From IMG/VR virus record IMGVR_UViG_2671180357_000002, positions 1 through 28,682 of that record: 28,682 nt of DNA; one strand, given 5' to 3'. Both the position numbers and the translations under genes were made by a program. The notes below the pieces were generated by a model. It saw only the letters and a list, made by a program, of their open reading frames with translations, was not told the origin of the DNA and did not search any database. This DNA is from a virus. Its lineage: Duplodnaviria; Heunggongvirae; Uroviricota; Caudoviricetes. Below, piece by piece: positions 8,261 through 14,950 of the stretch (the first letter of the stretch is position 1; every line of letters begins with the position of its first letter).

Positions 8261-8522
8261 GTGCGCCTTACTCTTCACTCGCCTGAAAATCGCGGGGGAG
8301 TGTCATTCCCTCTCGTGCAGCTACTGGACTCCAGTCTGCCAGACCATCATCGGGTCTCAAGCGATTTCAGTAGGTTTTCGGGGAGAAGAAAATTCTGCCC
8401 ACCAGCCCTGCGGCGCGCGTAGAGCAGAATATCGTAAATACTGGTTCCCGTGTCGTTCACGGATATTCACTGCCCAGCCTGGCTTTCACGACATAAAATC
8501 CTTTTTCGCCTTTGTCTTATTG

Positions 8523-8581
8523 CGATAATAACACCAACAAGTAAACAACATGTTTAGACGTTATATAAACGAAGTGAGGAT
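8523..8581 (+). promoter_or_regulatory. Cassette promoter/leader (-10 GATAAT 8523-8528, palindrome AAACAACATGTTTA 8543-8556, RBS GTGAGGA)
   Basis: Variant of the conserved cassette; palindrome core AACATGTT. Confidence 0.5.
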
Positions 8582-8587
8582 GAAGAG

Positions 8588-8806
8588 ATGATTAAGATGC
8601 CTGTGACGGTTGAGGTGTGGGGCGTGGATTCTCTGGCTGAGTGTCTGGATGCAGTGGGGCCGGAGTTGTACCGCAAGTTGTGGTCGTTCGTCCCGGCAGA
8701 AGGGGAATCGCCCAAAGGGAAGGATATCTGGCACCTGCTTAGTGAAGATGAAAAGCGGGAGCTGGTGGACGCGGTACACAGCGAGTTCCCGGACGACGAA
8801 GATTAA
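8588..8806 (+). CDS. Hypothetical small acidic early protein (72 aa)
   Basis: ATG 8588 after GTGAGGA; ~17 D+E vs ~7 K+R; ends in PDDED. Confidence 0.6.
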   Translation: MIKMPVTVEVWGVDSLAECLDAVGPELYRKLWSFVPAEGESPKGKDIWHLLSEDEKRELVDAVHSEFPDDED

Positions 8807-8919
8807 GAGTGAGACCACCAGCACGGTGGCTTTTGTCGCTATTAACCTCCGGGGCAGCGCAGCACCGTAACGATATACTTTGTGGCCGTTTTCTTGCTGG
8901 TATTGTTTACGCAATTCAG

Positions 8920-8938
8920 AAAACAACATGTTTAAGGA
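8920..8938 (+). promoter_or_regulatory. Cassette leader palindrome AAAACAACATGTTTA + RBS AAGGA
   Basis: Same variant palindrome as at 8543-8556, directly upstream of ATG 8946. Confidence 0.45.
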
Positions 8939-8945
8939 TTGCTTT

Positions 8946-9275
8946 ATGTTTGCAAATATCGACATCAACCAAATCAAGAAAATGACTCAAAAAGAGTTTG
9001 ACCAGTTTTATGAGTTAGAAGGTTGGTCTTCCACGCTGATCAATTCGCGCTGGGTGCTTGAGCTGATGACTCGTGATGATGCTCCTGCTTTGATTATTTG
9101 CGACATGGGTGAAGATGCTGACTTTATGGATATGAGCGAATTTTGTGTGGACACATACAACCGCAGCCAGAAGTACTACTTCACATGCGATAGCGAGAAT
9201 GACGTGATTTCTAAGCTCTATCTTCACCTTGTCCAGCATTGGGACGTGCAGGAATTCCTTGAGTTATTCGCGTAA
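8946..9275 (+). CDS. Hypothetical small, strongly acidic early protein (109 aa); DNA-mimic-like composition
   Basis: ATG 8946 lies 7 nt after AAGGA; ~21 D+E vs ~8 K+R by my count. Confidence 0.6.
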   Translation: MFANIDINQIKKMTQKEFDQFYELEGWSSTLINSRWVLELMTRDDAPALIICDMGEDADFMDMSEFCVDTYNRSQKYYFTCDSENDVISKLYLHLVQHWDVQEFLELFA

Positions 9276-9285
9276 GCCCAACCAA

Positions 9286-9306
9286 AGCCAGCACCGCCTG
9301 CTGGCT
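9286..9306 (+). terminator. Hairpin AGCCAGC-accgcct-GCTGGCT after the gene ending at 9275
   Basis: 7-bp perfect stem; followed by the conserved GCCGCAGGGAA motif. Confidence 0.5.
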
Positions 9307-9411
9307 TAACTTCTCTGTAGCCGCAGGGAAGAACCACCTTTAGATAATTCATGTGCCTGAGCAATATGCTTTGTAGCCGTTTTTACACTGGTATTATTTA
9401 CGCCATTGAGA

Positions 9412-9430
9412 AAACAATTTGTTTACGGAG
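9412..9430 (+). promoter_or_regulatory. Cassette leader palindrome AAACAATTTGTTTA + RBS CGGAG
   Basis: Directly upstream of ATG 9436. Confidence 0.5.
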
Positions 9431-9435
9431 TGGTG

Positions 9436-9747
9436 ATGAATACTTCATTGGCGCTGGGTCTTGCTGAAGGCCAGGAGAGAAAAGAAAAACCAACCTTAAT
9501 GGGGCATCTCACATTGCTGGATATCGTAGCGAATGGGACTTCTATCCGTCTGTTTCGTGAAAAAGCCATTACCTTCGACGCGGGCAATTTTACGCGCTAT
9601 GTGATGGTAGTTCGTCGCCAGCGTGGAAGAGGGTGGATGTCGGTCCAGAAAATGTGGCCAGAGGACCAGCTTGAACTGGCGCTGATGGAAGCCAACCGTG
9701 TCGCCCAACAAGAGATCCAACGAGCGTCTGTTCAGGCGGTAGCTTAA
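9436..9747 (+). CDS. Hypothetical small early protein (103 aa)
   Basis: ATG 9436 lies 5 nt after GGAG; preceded by cassette leader. Confidence 0.55.
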   Translation: MNTSLALGLAEGQERKEKPTLMGHLTLLDIVANGTSIRLFREKAITFDAGNFTRYVMVVRRQRGRGWMSVQKMWPEDQLELALMEANRVAQQEIQRASVQAVA

Positions 9748-9781
9748 ACATGTGCAAGCAGTAGTTAGTCGAATGTACGAC

Positions 9782-9809
9782 AGCCCCGCCAATCCTTCGG
9801 GGCTTTTTT
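9782..9809 (+). terminator. Intrinsic terminator AGCCCCG-loop-CGGGGCT + T6
   Basis: 7-bp GC-rich stem followed by TTTTTT. Confidence 0.8.
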
Positions 9810-9836
9810 GTATTGTAAGTACTTACTTATGATAAT
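9808..9836 (+). promoter_or_regulatory. Sigma70-like promoter (-35 TTGTAT, -10 GATAAT, 17-nt spacer) whose spacer contains palindrome GTAAGTACTTAC (9815-9826)
   Basis: Hexamers and palindrome read directly; the same palindrome recurs at 22371-22386 and as variants at 16841-16852 and 25812-25831. Confidence 0.5.
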
Positions 9837-9868
9837 AAAATTAAAAATTAAACACTAAGGAGAGTGAA

Positions 9869-10264
9869 ATGACCGTTAAACGCGAAAATCTGACCCTGGA
9901 TATGTATTATGCATCAGAGACGGAAAATGGAGACAAAGTTGCAAAAATTACAATTGTGCTACGCGATAATGCCTCCGGCGAAGAAGTTCACACCAGTACC
10001 TTAACTCGCACCGGCGAGGCCACAAAGGGAAAATATTCGGTGCGTTACCAAAGCATCAGTAATGCTTCTGACCCTTTACTGATAAAACTGGAAACTCATT
10101 TCCGTGGCGCGGATCAGACGTTGTTTGAAAATTTGATGAAAAAGGTCGATGCGGTTTATACATCGAGTTTAAATACCAATAGTACCTGGATGGGACAACA
10201 CGGTCTGCGAATAATCTCCGGCGAAAAGATCGACACCATTGTCCCTGAAAGCGTATTCGCTTAA
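9869..10264 (+). CDS. Hypothetical protein (131 aa)
   Basis: Strong RBS AAGGAGAG 5 nt before the ATG; bounded by intrinsic terminators on both sides. Confidence 0.7.
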   Translation: MTVKRENLTLDMYYASETENGDKVAKITIVLRDNASGEEVHTSTLTRTGEATKGKYSVRYQSISNASDPLLIKLETHFRGADQTLFENLMKKVDAVYTSSLNTNSTWMGQHGLRIISGEKIDTIVPESVFA

Positions 10265-10273
10265 TCCTCTTTG

Positions 10274-10300
10274 AATGGCGCGTAAACCGCGCCATTTTCT
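10274..10300 (+). terminator. Intrinsic terminator AATGGCGCG-taaac-CGCGCCATT + T-run
   Basis: 9-bp perfect stem followed by TTTTCTT. Confidence 0.8.
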
Positions 10301-10310
10301 TATTCCCGAT

Positions 10311-10347
10311 AACAATTTGTTTTCTGCCTTATCTGATTTGTGAAAAT
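10311..10347 (+). promoter_or_regulatory. Promoter: palindrome AACAATTTGTTTT overlapping -35 TTGTTT, extended -10 TGtGAAAAT
   Basis: Same promoter block as at 4604-4634 and 6424-6454. Confidence 0.55.
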
Positions 10348-10381
10348 GATTTCACTGAAGCAACTTAATAAGGATACCATC

Positions 10382-10756
10382 ATGGGACTTGATATCTATA
10401 TCGAGACGCAGCCTAAAAACGATCTGAATAACGAGGCATCCAGAAAGCAGGTTGCTTACTTCCGTAAGTTCAATGCGCTCGTTGGGTGGATGGAGCGCAA
10501 CGTAGGTGAAGTCGAAAATTGTGAGCTTTTAGAATTAACGATGAATGACATTTGTTTTCTGAAGGCTCATTTGATGCACATAAACGAAAGTAATTGCGAA
10601 GTGTACTTACCTACCCGGGAAGGTTTTTTCTTCGGCAGTCAGGAGTACGATGAAGGTTACTGGCATGACGTGGATAAGCTGAAAAAACTTGTGGAAGACC
10701 TGATCAGGAACCACGACTTTCACAATAACAGACTGACGTTCCGTGCCTGGTGGTAA
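10382..10756 (+). CDS. Hypothetical small acidic early protein (124 aa)
   Basis: ATG 10382 lies 7 nt after AAGGA; upstream ATGs fall inside the promoter. Confidence 0.6.
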   Translation: MGLDIYIETQPKNDLNNEASRKQVAYFRKFNALVGWMERNVGEVENCELLELTMNDICFLKAHLMHINESNCEVYLPTREGFFFGSQEYDEGYWHDVDKLKKLVEDLIRNHDFHNNRLTFRAWW

Positions 10757-10758
10757 AT

Positions 10759-10902
10759 ATGGGCGATTTCAAGAAACGCCTGAAGGAGAGAGCCGAGATG
10801 GTCAGAAAGCGAAACGCCTCTTCTGTCATAAGATACGCAAGGCAGTTTAGTCGCAACAACAAATCAGTTGAGGAAAAGATCCTTAGCGTAATCGGGCGAT
10901 AA
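10759..10902 (+). CDS. Possible small basic protein (47 aa; alternative start ATG 10798 with SD AAGGAGAG)
   Basis: Found by manual translation (below the ORF-track size cutoff); start overlaps the upstream stop (TAAATATG); followed by a hairpin at 10908-10931. Confidence 0.3.
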   Translation: MGDFKKRLKERAEMVRKRNASSVIRYARQFSRNNKSVEEKILSVIGR

Positions 10903-10907
10903 TTATT

Positions 10908-10931
10908 AAGGCCACCAGCATTGGTGGTCTT
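10908..10931 (+). terminator. Hairpin AAGGCCACCA-gcat-TGGTGGTCTT
   Basis: 10-bp stem with one mismatch; near-identical to the hairpin at 11379-11402. Confidence 0.5.
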
Positions 10932-11040
10932 AAATGACTTTTAATAACCGAAGGTTAGTTTGAAACCTGGCTATCAACTTCCAGAACCTTTCTTGTGTAT
11001 TCAGCCTGTATTAACTTCTTTTATGCCTTATCTACACTGC

Positions 11041-11084
11041 GATAATTACACCAACAAGAAAACAATATGTTTACGCAGTGAGGA
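11041..11084 (+). promoter_or_regulatory. Cassette promoter/leader (-10 GATAAT 11041-11046, AAAACAATATGTTTA 11059-11073, RBS GTGAGGA)
   Basis: Variant of the conserved cassette. Confidence 0.5.
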
Positions 11085-11091
11085 TATGCTC

Positions 11092-11373
11092 ATGACTGAT
11101 TTCACCATTACCCCTAAAGCACAAAATGTATTCCTTGAATCATGGCTGGACTTGCCGGAAACAGAACAGCAAGAAATGGATCATGTGGAATATGACGAGC
11201 AGGTAAGCACGCGATTCTTCCACTTTGAGGGCTGCGTTTACGACATTGCCGACTTCATGCGAGATGACCGCTTCCCTGAATGGCACGCAAGCTATCCACT
11301 AAACGCCTTCGCCATGCTGATGATCCGTGTGGATGATTCAGGGGATACCATCGACATCGGTCTGCTCCACTAA
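11092..11373 (+). CDS. Hypothetical small, strongly acidic early protein (93 aa); DNA-mimic-like composition
   Basis: ATG 11092 lies 7 nt after GAGGA; ~20 D+E vs ~5 K+R by my count. Confidence 0.6.
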   Translation: MTDFTITPKAQNVFLESWLDLPETEQQEMDHVEYDEQVSTRFFHFEGCVYDIADFMRDDRFPEWHASYPLNAFAMLMIRVDDSGDTIDIGLLH

Positions 11374-11378
11374 AGAGT

Positions 11379-11402
11379 AAGGCCACCAATGCTGGTGGCC
11401 TT
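11379..11402 (+). terminator. Hairpin AAGGCCACCA-atgc-TGGTGGCCTT
   Basis: Perfect 10-bp stem immediately after the stop at 11373. Confidence 0.55.
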
Positions 11403-11408
11403 GAATGA

Positions 11409-11496
11409 CCATCCTGTTTCCCGCAGGCTAAAAACACCAACCTCTTACCTCCAGGCAACCGACAAACCCACCTGTTCCCGTCCGGCTACCGCAACT
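11409..11496 (+). repeat. Second copy of the triple ~30-bp iteron-like direct repeat
   Basis: ACCAACCTCTTACCTCCAGGCAACCG and ACCCACCTGTTCCCGTCCGGCTACCG match the units at 7416-7507. Confidence 0.6.
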
Positions 11497-11502
11497 TTCC
11501 AC

Positions 11503-11570
11503 TTTGACGCCTTATTCGTACAACGATAATTAACACCAACAAGAAAACAATTTGTTATTTACGATAAGGA
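11503..11570 (+). promoter_or_regulatory. Cassette promoter/leader (-35 TTTGAC, -10 GATAAT 11525-11530, AAAACAATTTGTTA 11545-11557, RBS AAGGA)
   Basis: Best-formed example of the conserved cassette. Confidence 0.6.
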
Positions 11571-11577
11571 ATTAATC

Positions 11578-12060
11578 ATGAATTTTATCGCTACTGTAAA
11601 CGCACCCGCACATGGCAATATCGCTGTAACGTTCTCTGATATTGAAAAACGAGTACTTGGTGCATGGCGCGACAATGAGACGGTAGAACTGTCAGCACAA
11701 GAAAAATGCATTATTGCACGCGACATCATTTGCAAACGTCGTTACTCACGGGTAATTGAGAAAGCGTATGTCGCAAATTCTGGCTTCGGAACATTTGTCT
11801 TCCCGGTACGCTCCGGGCGATTCTGCCAGTCCAAGCTGATTGAGTTCGCTACGCAGATTTCTGTCTGGATTAAAACTCAATCGTCGTTCAAATTTTCCGA
11901 CGATGAAGCAGTATCGCAGGGGATGCGGATCGCCAACAATGCAATAAAATGCAAAAACATTACGTATGCCGCTGGCGTTGACACATGGAAACTGTTTTGC
12001 GCTAACTTTATGCTGAATGTATACGCAAGCAACCGCATCCACATCCTTGATGGCGTGTAA
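11578..12060 (+). CDS. Hypothetical protein (160 aa)
   Basis: ATG 8 nt after AAGGA; followed by an intrinsic terminator. Confidence 0.65.
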   Translation: MNFIATVNAPAHGNIAVTFSDIEKRVLGAWRDNETVELSAQEKCIIARDIICKRRYSRVIEKAYVANSGFGTFVFPVRSGRFCQSKLIEFATQISVWIKTQSSFKFSDDEAVSQGMRIANNAIKCKNITYAAGVDTWKLFCANFMLNVYASNRIHILDGV

Positions 12061-12068
12061 CTGAGAAG

Positions 12069-12090
12069 AGGGCCAGAAACGGCCCTTTCT
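12069..12090 (+). terminator. Intrinsic terminator AGGGCC-agaaac-GGCCCT + TTCT
   Basis: 6-bp GC stem directly after the stop at 12060. Confidence 0.7.
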
Positions 12091-12105
12091 CTATAGCCAC
12101 CAGCT

Positions 12106-12298
12106 GCCGCAGGGAAATTTTCAGAAACGGCGAGGAACGCATTCATGAGCCGACGGGAAACGGCCAGGATTTTTTCGGGAAACGGCGGGGGTCGCCTTTA
12201 TGTAGAAAACTGAGCGGGAGAAACCCGGAATCGCGCCAGAAATTGCGTAGCGGCGCTGGGGTAGCGCTGGTGGGGGTTTCAGCCCCTGGGCCATCCAG
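12106..12298 (+). repeat. Second GGGAAA(C)GG motif module, ending with GGGCCATCCAG
   Basis: Shares GCCGCAGGGAA and GGGCCATCCAG with the module at 8065-8260; no ORF. Confidence 0.5.
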
Positions 12299-12612
12299 AT
12301 AGCTTTCGCTATGTGATTATGTGAATCCGTGGGTAAATCACTGTAAGCGCGTACACGTTGCCCAACGTGGCAATCATATGCGAGCGGATACAAAACAACA
12401 CAAAGAGCCGATCCGCGCCGACAAATAAACGCGGATCACATAGCAAGACTAAAAGCCAATGATTAACCATACTCTATAGCGCAATATAACGCGTTTTAAG
12501 CGCGTTAATGTGTTAAGTAATGGGTATGTACTAACAAGGATATAAAAGCGCGTCTATGGCGTTATTTTGGTGCTTATTTTTATGTTGTTGAAGCGAGTTA
12601 AAGACAATAAAA

Positions 12613-12634
12613 AACGCGCCAATGATGGCGCGTT
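12613..12634. terminator. Hairpin AACGCGCCA-atga-TGGCGCGTT (A-run upstream)
   Basis: Perfect 9-bp stem; one of a cluster of GC hairpins in AT-rich DNA at 12380-12960. Confidence 0.5.
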
Positions 12635-12660
12635 ATGGTGGGAGTATTGGAAACGAAAAA

Positions 12661-12679
12661 AGCGCCCATAGTGGGCGCT
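12661..12679. terminator. Hairpin AGCGCCCA-tag-TGGGCGCT flanked by A-run and T-run; downstream of the minus-strand 76-aa gene
   Basis: Perfect palindrome; identical copy at 12934-12954. Confidence 0.55.
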
Positions 12680-12684
12680 CGATT

Positions 12685-12915
12685 TTATTTGTGTAAACTA
12701 ATTTTGAATCCCATTTCTACAAACGCTTTTAACATTAAAAATATATCAGCGTCATTCACGTCTGCTTTTTTTCGCTCCTGGTCGTTCAATAAGTCAATTT
12801 TGCGCGTTGTTTCATTTATAAACTCGACTGCGCGCCCAGCGATCCCAGCGATCCCAGCGATGCGATTAACATAATATTCATTATGGACGTTAACGCCAGC
12901 GATAAGAACAAACAT
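12685..12915 (-). CDS. Hypothetical small protein (76 aa) containing an (IAG)x3 repeat
   Basis: Strong SD AAGGAG 7 nt upstream of the ATG (minus strand); flanked by identical palindromes. Confidence 0.5.
   Translation of the reverse strand: MFVLIAGVNVHNEYYVNRIAGIAGIAGRAVEFINETTRKIDLLNDQERKKADVNDADIFLMLKAFVEMGFKISLHK
12835..12861 (-). repeat. Perfect 9-bp tandem repeat CCCAGCGAT x3 inside the 76-aa ORF
   Basis: Three exact contiguous units; in-frame, encoding IAG-IAG-IAG. Confidence 0.85.
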
Positions 12916-12933
12916 GATTAAGCTCCTTAAAAC

Positions 12934-12954
12934 TAGCGCCCATAGTGGGCGCTA
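12934..12954. terminator. Hairpin TAGCGCCCA-tag-TGGGCGCTA, second copy of the 12661-12679 palindrome
   Basis: Lies between the 216-aa gene stop (12966) and the 76-aa gene start (12915). Confidence 0.5.
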
Positions 12955-12965
12955 TATCCATCTAA

Positions 12966-13616
12966 TTACGCTTTGAAAGCATCAGCCAGATAGTTATAAA
13001 AATCATTTTTAACGAAGCGATATTGCTGTGATCCGTTTTTCGCTGCACCCATTCCTTTGATTTTTTCGACCAGTCCCAGACGTTCGCAAAGATTGATAAG
13101 CTGGTTGGCTTGAGTGTATCCTGCGTCTAATTTTATTTCGTTGGCTTTTTTCGCTTCATTCATTAAATCGAAAACAGCGCCATTGGTGAACGTGTCGATC
13201 TCGTCGTTAATCATATCGATTAAAGCGAATACACGAGATCCGGACATATCAGCGACGGAATAAACACACTTTCCAGCTTTAATAGATTTAACCAGATAAA
13301 CCAGTTTTTCGAGTGAATAGCTATTGGTCATAGCTTCACGGAAAAACGCTTCAGGTGCTTGTTTACTTGCTTTAATCGCGTAGTAAAAGACACCAGCTAA
13401 TTTCTCATCATTAACAGCGTTTAAAACGTTGTTGGTGAAGTATGCTAGTTTGGTAGACGCTGCAAGCATGTTGGCTTTATCCGCTTTTGTGTGCGTACCA
13501 TTCTGATAATGATTGTTATAAGTCTGAGTAGCGTTGTTGGCTGCAACTTGCAATTCATTAGCGATAACTACAGCAGCGTCGATGATGGATTTTTTAGAAA
13601 TGGTAACGTTAGACAT
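12966..13616 (-). CDS. Hypothetical protein (216 aa) in an AT-rich island
   Basis: ATG with SD AAGGA 9 nt upstream; preceded by a ~300-bp AT-rich intergenic region (13617-13936). Confidence 0.65.
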   Translation of the reverse strand: MSNVTISKKSIIDAAVVIANELQVAANNATQTYNNHYQNGTHTKADKANMLAASTKLAYFTNNVLNAVNDEKLAGVFYYAIKASKQAPEAFFREAMTNSYSLEKLVYLVKSIKAGKCVYSVADMSGSRVFALIDMINDEIDTFTNGAVFDLMNEAKKANEIKLDAGYTQANQLINLCERLGLVEKIKGMGAAKNGSQQYRFVKNDFYNYLADAFKA

Positions 13617-13900
13617 GATGTTAATCCTTATGTAATGTTGATAACTTAATTTGTTATTTATTTATCGTTAGCGCGTTCGCTTTCGATGTGATTAATTATC
13701 GACATACAGAAAATAAAATCAAGAGTTTTTTGTTCGGGAATGAAAAATTTTATTAAATAAAAATCAAAGCCTTAGAAATAAAATGCATTTTCTCGAAGGT
13801 GTTGCCTAAATAAATTCTCTATTCAGCCAATCACCCTTATATATTTAAATTGGAATCGAGTTTGTGGGAAATAAATATAACGGGAAGTGACGAATAAAAT

Positions 13901-13924
13901 AATAACCGGACTTAGCCGGTTATT
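13901..13924. terminator. Hairpin AATAACCGG-acttag-CCGGTTATT ending the leftward helicase operon
   Basis: Perfect 9-bp stem 13 bp downstream of the stop at 13937. Confidence 0.6.
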
Positions 13925-13936
13925 ACCCTTATAGAT

Positions 13937-14464
13937 TTAAAACGGTAAAATTCGTTCGACCCAATCGAACATGGCGACTGTCTTCCTACCGTCCCCCATG
14001 TTGAGTGTGACCTGACAAGCGTCAACGCCTCTTGACACCCCTTCTATTTCACGACCGTCCGCCATGTAGACCCTTATAGACTTCTGCATCTCATGGGCCT
14101 GGCGACAAATTTTGAAGAAATCACGGCGAGATGGCCGATTGTCCACATAGTCTGGGTGTATCGTTGTCCGACCCGTGAAGTCGTGTGCAATGCCTTCTGT
14201 CACACCTGATTCAATCGTGCTGATTCGCTCAAGTGGGAGCCTTATACGATTATCTTTGTCGAACGGGGCAGGGCAAAGATCGACCTTGTTGCGTGACGAC
14301 ATGAGACCCTGAACATACATGCAGAACACCTGACCATCTTCCATCGTGACCCTTACAGGAATAAGAGATTTGCGCCAGAACATCAGCGCTTTCTCCACGT
14401 TGGTGTAATCGCGCGGCCAGACTTCTGCAGGAATCCCGTAGGTGATGTCAGTAATATTCGTCAT
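13937..14464 (-). CDS. Hypothetical protein (175 aa) with two beta-barrel-like segments
   Basis: Start at ATG 14464 (4 nt after the lipoprotein stop) chosen over the longer overlapping ORF to 14575. Confidence 0.55.
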   Translation of the reverse strand: MTNITDITYGIPAEVWPRDYTNVEKALMFWRKSLIPVRVTMEDGQVFCMYVQGLMSSRNKVDLCPAPFDKDNRIRLPLERISTIESGVTEGIAHDFTGRTTIHPDYVDNRPSRRDFFKICRQAHEMQKSIRVYMADGREIEGVSRGVDACQVTLNMGDGRKTVAMFDWVERILPF

Positions 14465-14468
14465 ATCG

Positions 14469-14891
14469 TCACAGTGTCGTTGGTAAGATGTCGATGTCAC
14501 CAGCATTACTGGTGAACACCCGGAAGACTTTCGTCTCGCCAGCTTTGGTAATCGTCTCGCGTTCCTGACGAGCAAGATTCAGTGCGCACAGCCCAGCGCC
14601 TTCGAGTGAGGCGCCAACAATCCATTCTCCGGCATTCAGATGAAAAGTGACTTTTTCACCTGTTTCCAGTTTTGCAACGGTTTCGCCATTGATGAAGATC
14701 GATGCGTCGCAACCGGCGCCCACCATGCTTTTATCTCTCATAACCACCAGCGTCGATGCCGCCGGAGATTGGTATTTGAATATTCTGGCCTGCGGTGCTG
14801 GCTTTGCCTCAGAGACAGGAATAGGACGAGATTGACATGCAGTGATAAGTAACGCGGAGGCAGCAACCAGAGGAAGTAATACGTGTTTCAT
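14469..14891 (-). CDS. Putative lipoprotein (signal peptide with lipobox)
   Basis: From Met 14891: MKHVLLPLVAASALLITAC-QSRP, a canonical lipoprotein signal peptide with lipobox ITAC. The upstream ATG at 14927 would put the start inside a hairpin with no RBS. Confidence 0.65.
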   Translation of the reverse strand: MKHVLLPLVAASALLITACQSRPIPVSEAKPAPQARIFKYQSPAASTLVVMRDKSMVGAGCDASIFINGETVAKLETGEKVTFHLNAGEWIVGASLEGAGLCALNLARQERETITKAGETKVFRVFTSNAGDIDILPTTL

Positions 14892-14925
14892 TGTACCGAA
14901 CAAAATCCTTATCTTTACGAAAATC

Positions 14926-14945
14926 ATGGCGCCTCAAGGCGCCAT
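14926..14945 (-). other. Intercistronic hairpin ATGGCGCC-tcaa-GGCGCCAT within the operon
   Basis: Perfect 8-bp stem between the 92-aa gene and the lipoprotein gene. Confidence 0.45.
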
Positions 14946-14950
14946 AATGC

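Noticed and set aside
7231-8528. ORFs 7231-7593 (-), 7361-7660 (+), 7398-7841 (+), 7482-7694 (-) and 8220-8528 (+)
   Set aside because: Their translations are low-complexity (P/T/H/R-rich or G/V/W/C-rich) and simply mirror the CA-rich repeats; no RBS. Region treated as noncoding and repetitive, though a real low-complexity protein cannot be fully excluded.
8561-12393. Antisense or alternate-frame ORFs 8561-8977 (-), 8610-8870 (+), 9015-9239 (-), 9496-9792 (-), 10056-10295 (-), 11255-11458 (-), 11746-12042 (-), 11877-12146 (-) and 12121-12393 (-)
   Set aside because: Each overlaps a plus-strand cassette gene that has promoter, RBS and terminator, or lies in the GGGAAA repeat module; none has its own RBS.
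12635-12874. Plus-strand 79-aa ORF
   Set aside because: Overlaps the minus-strand 76-aa gene, which has a strong AAGGAG SD; the plus-strand ORF starts inside a hairpin.
14640-14852. Plus-strand ORFs 14640-14852 and 14647-14835
   Set aside because: Antisense to the lipoprotein gene, which has a canonical signal peptide and lipobox.
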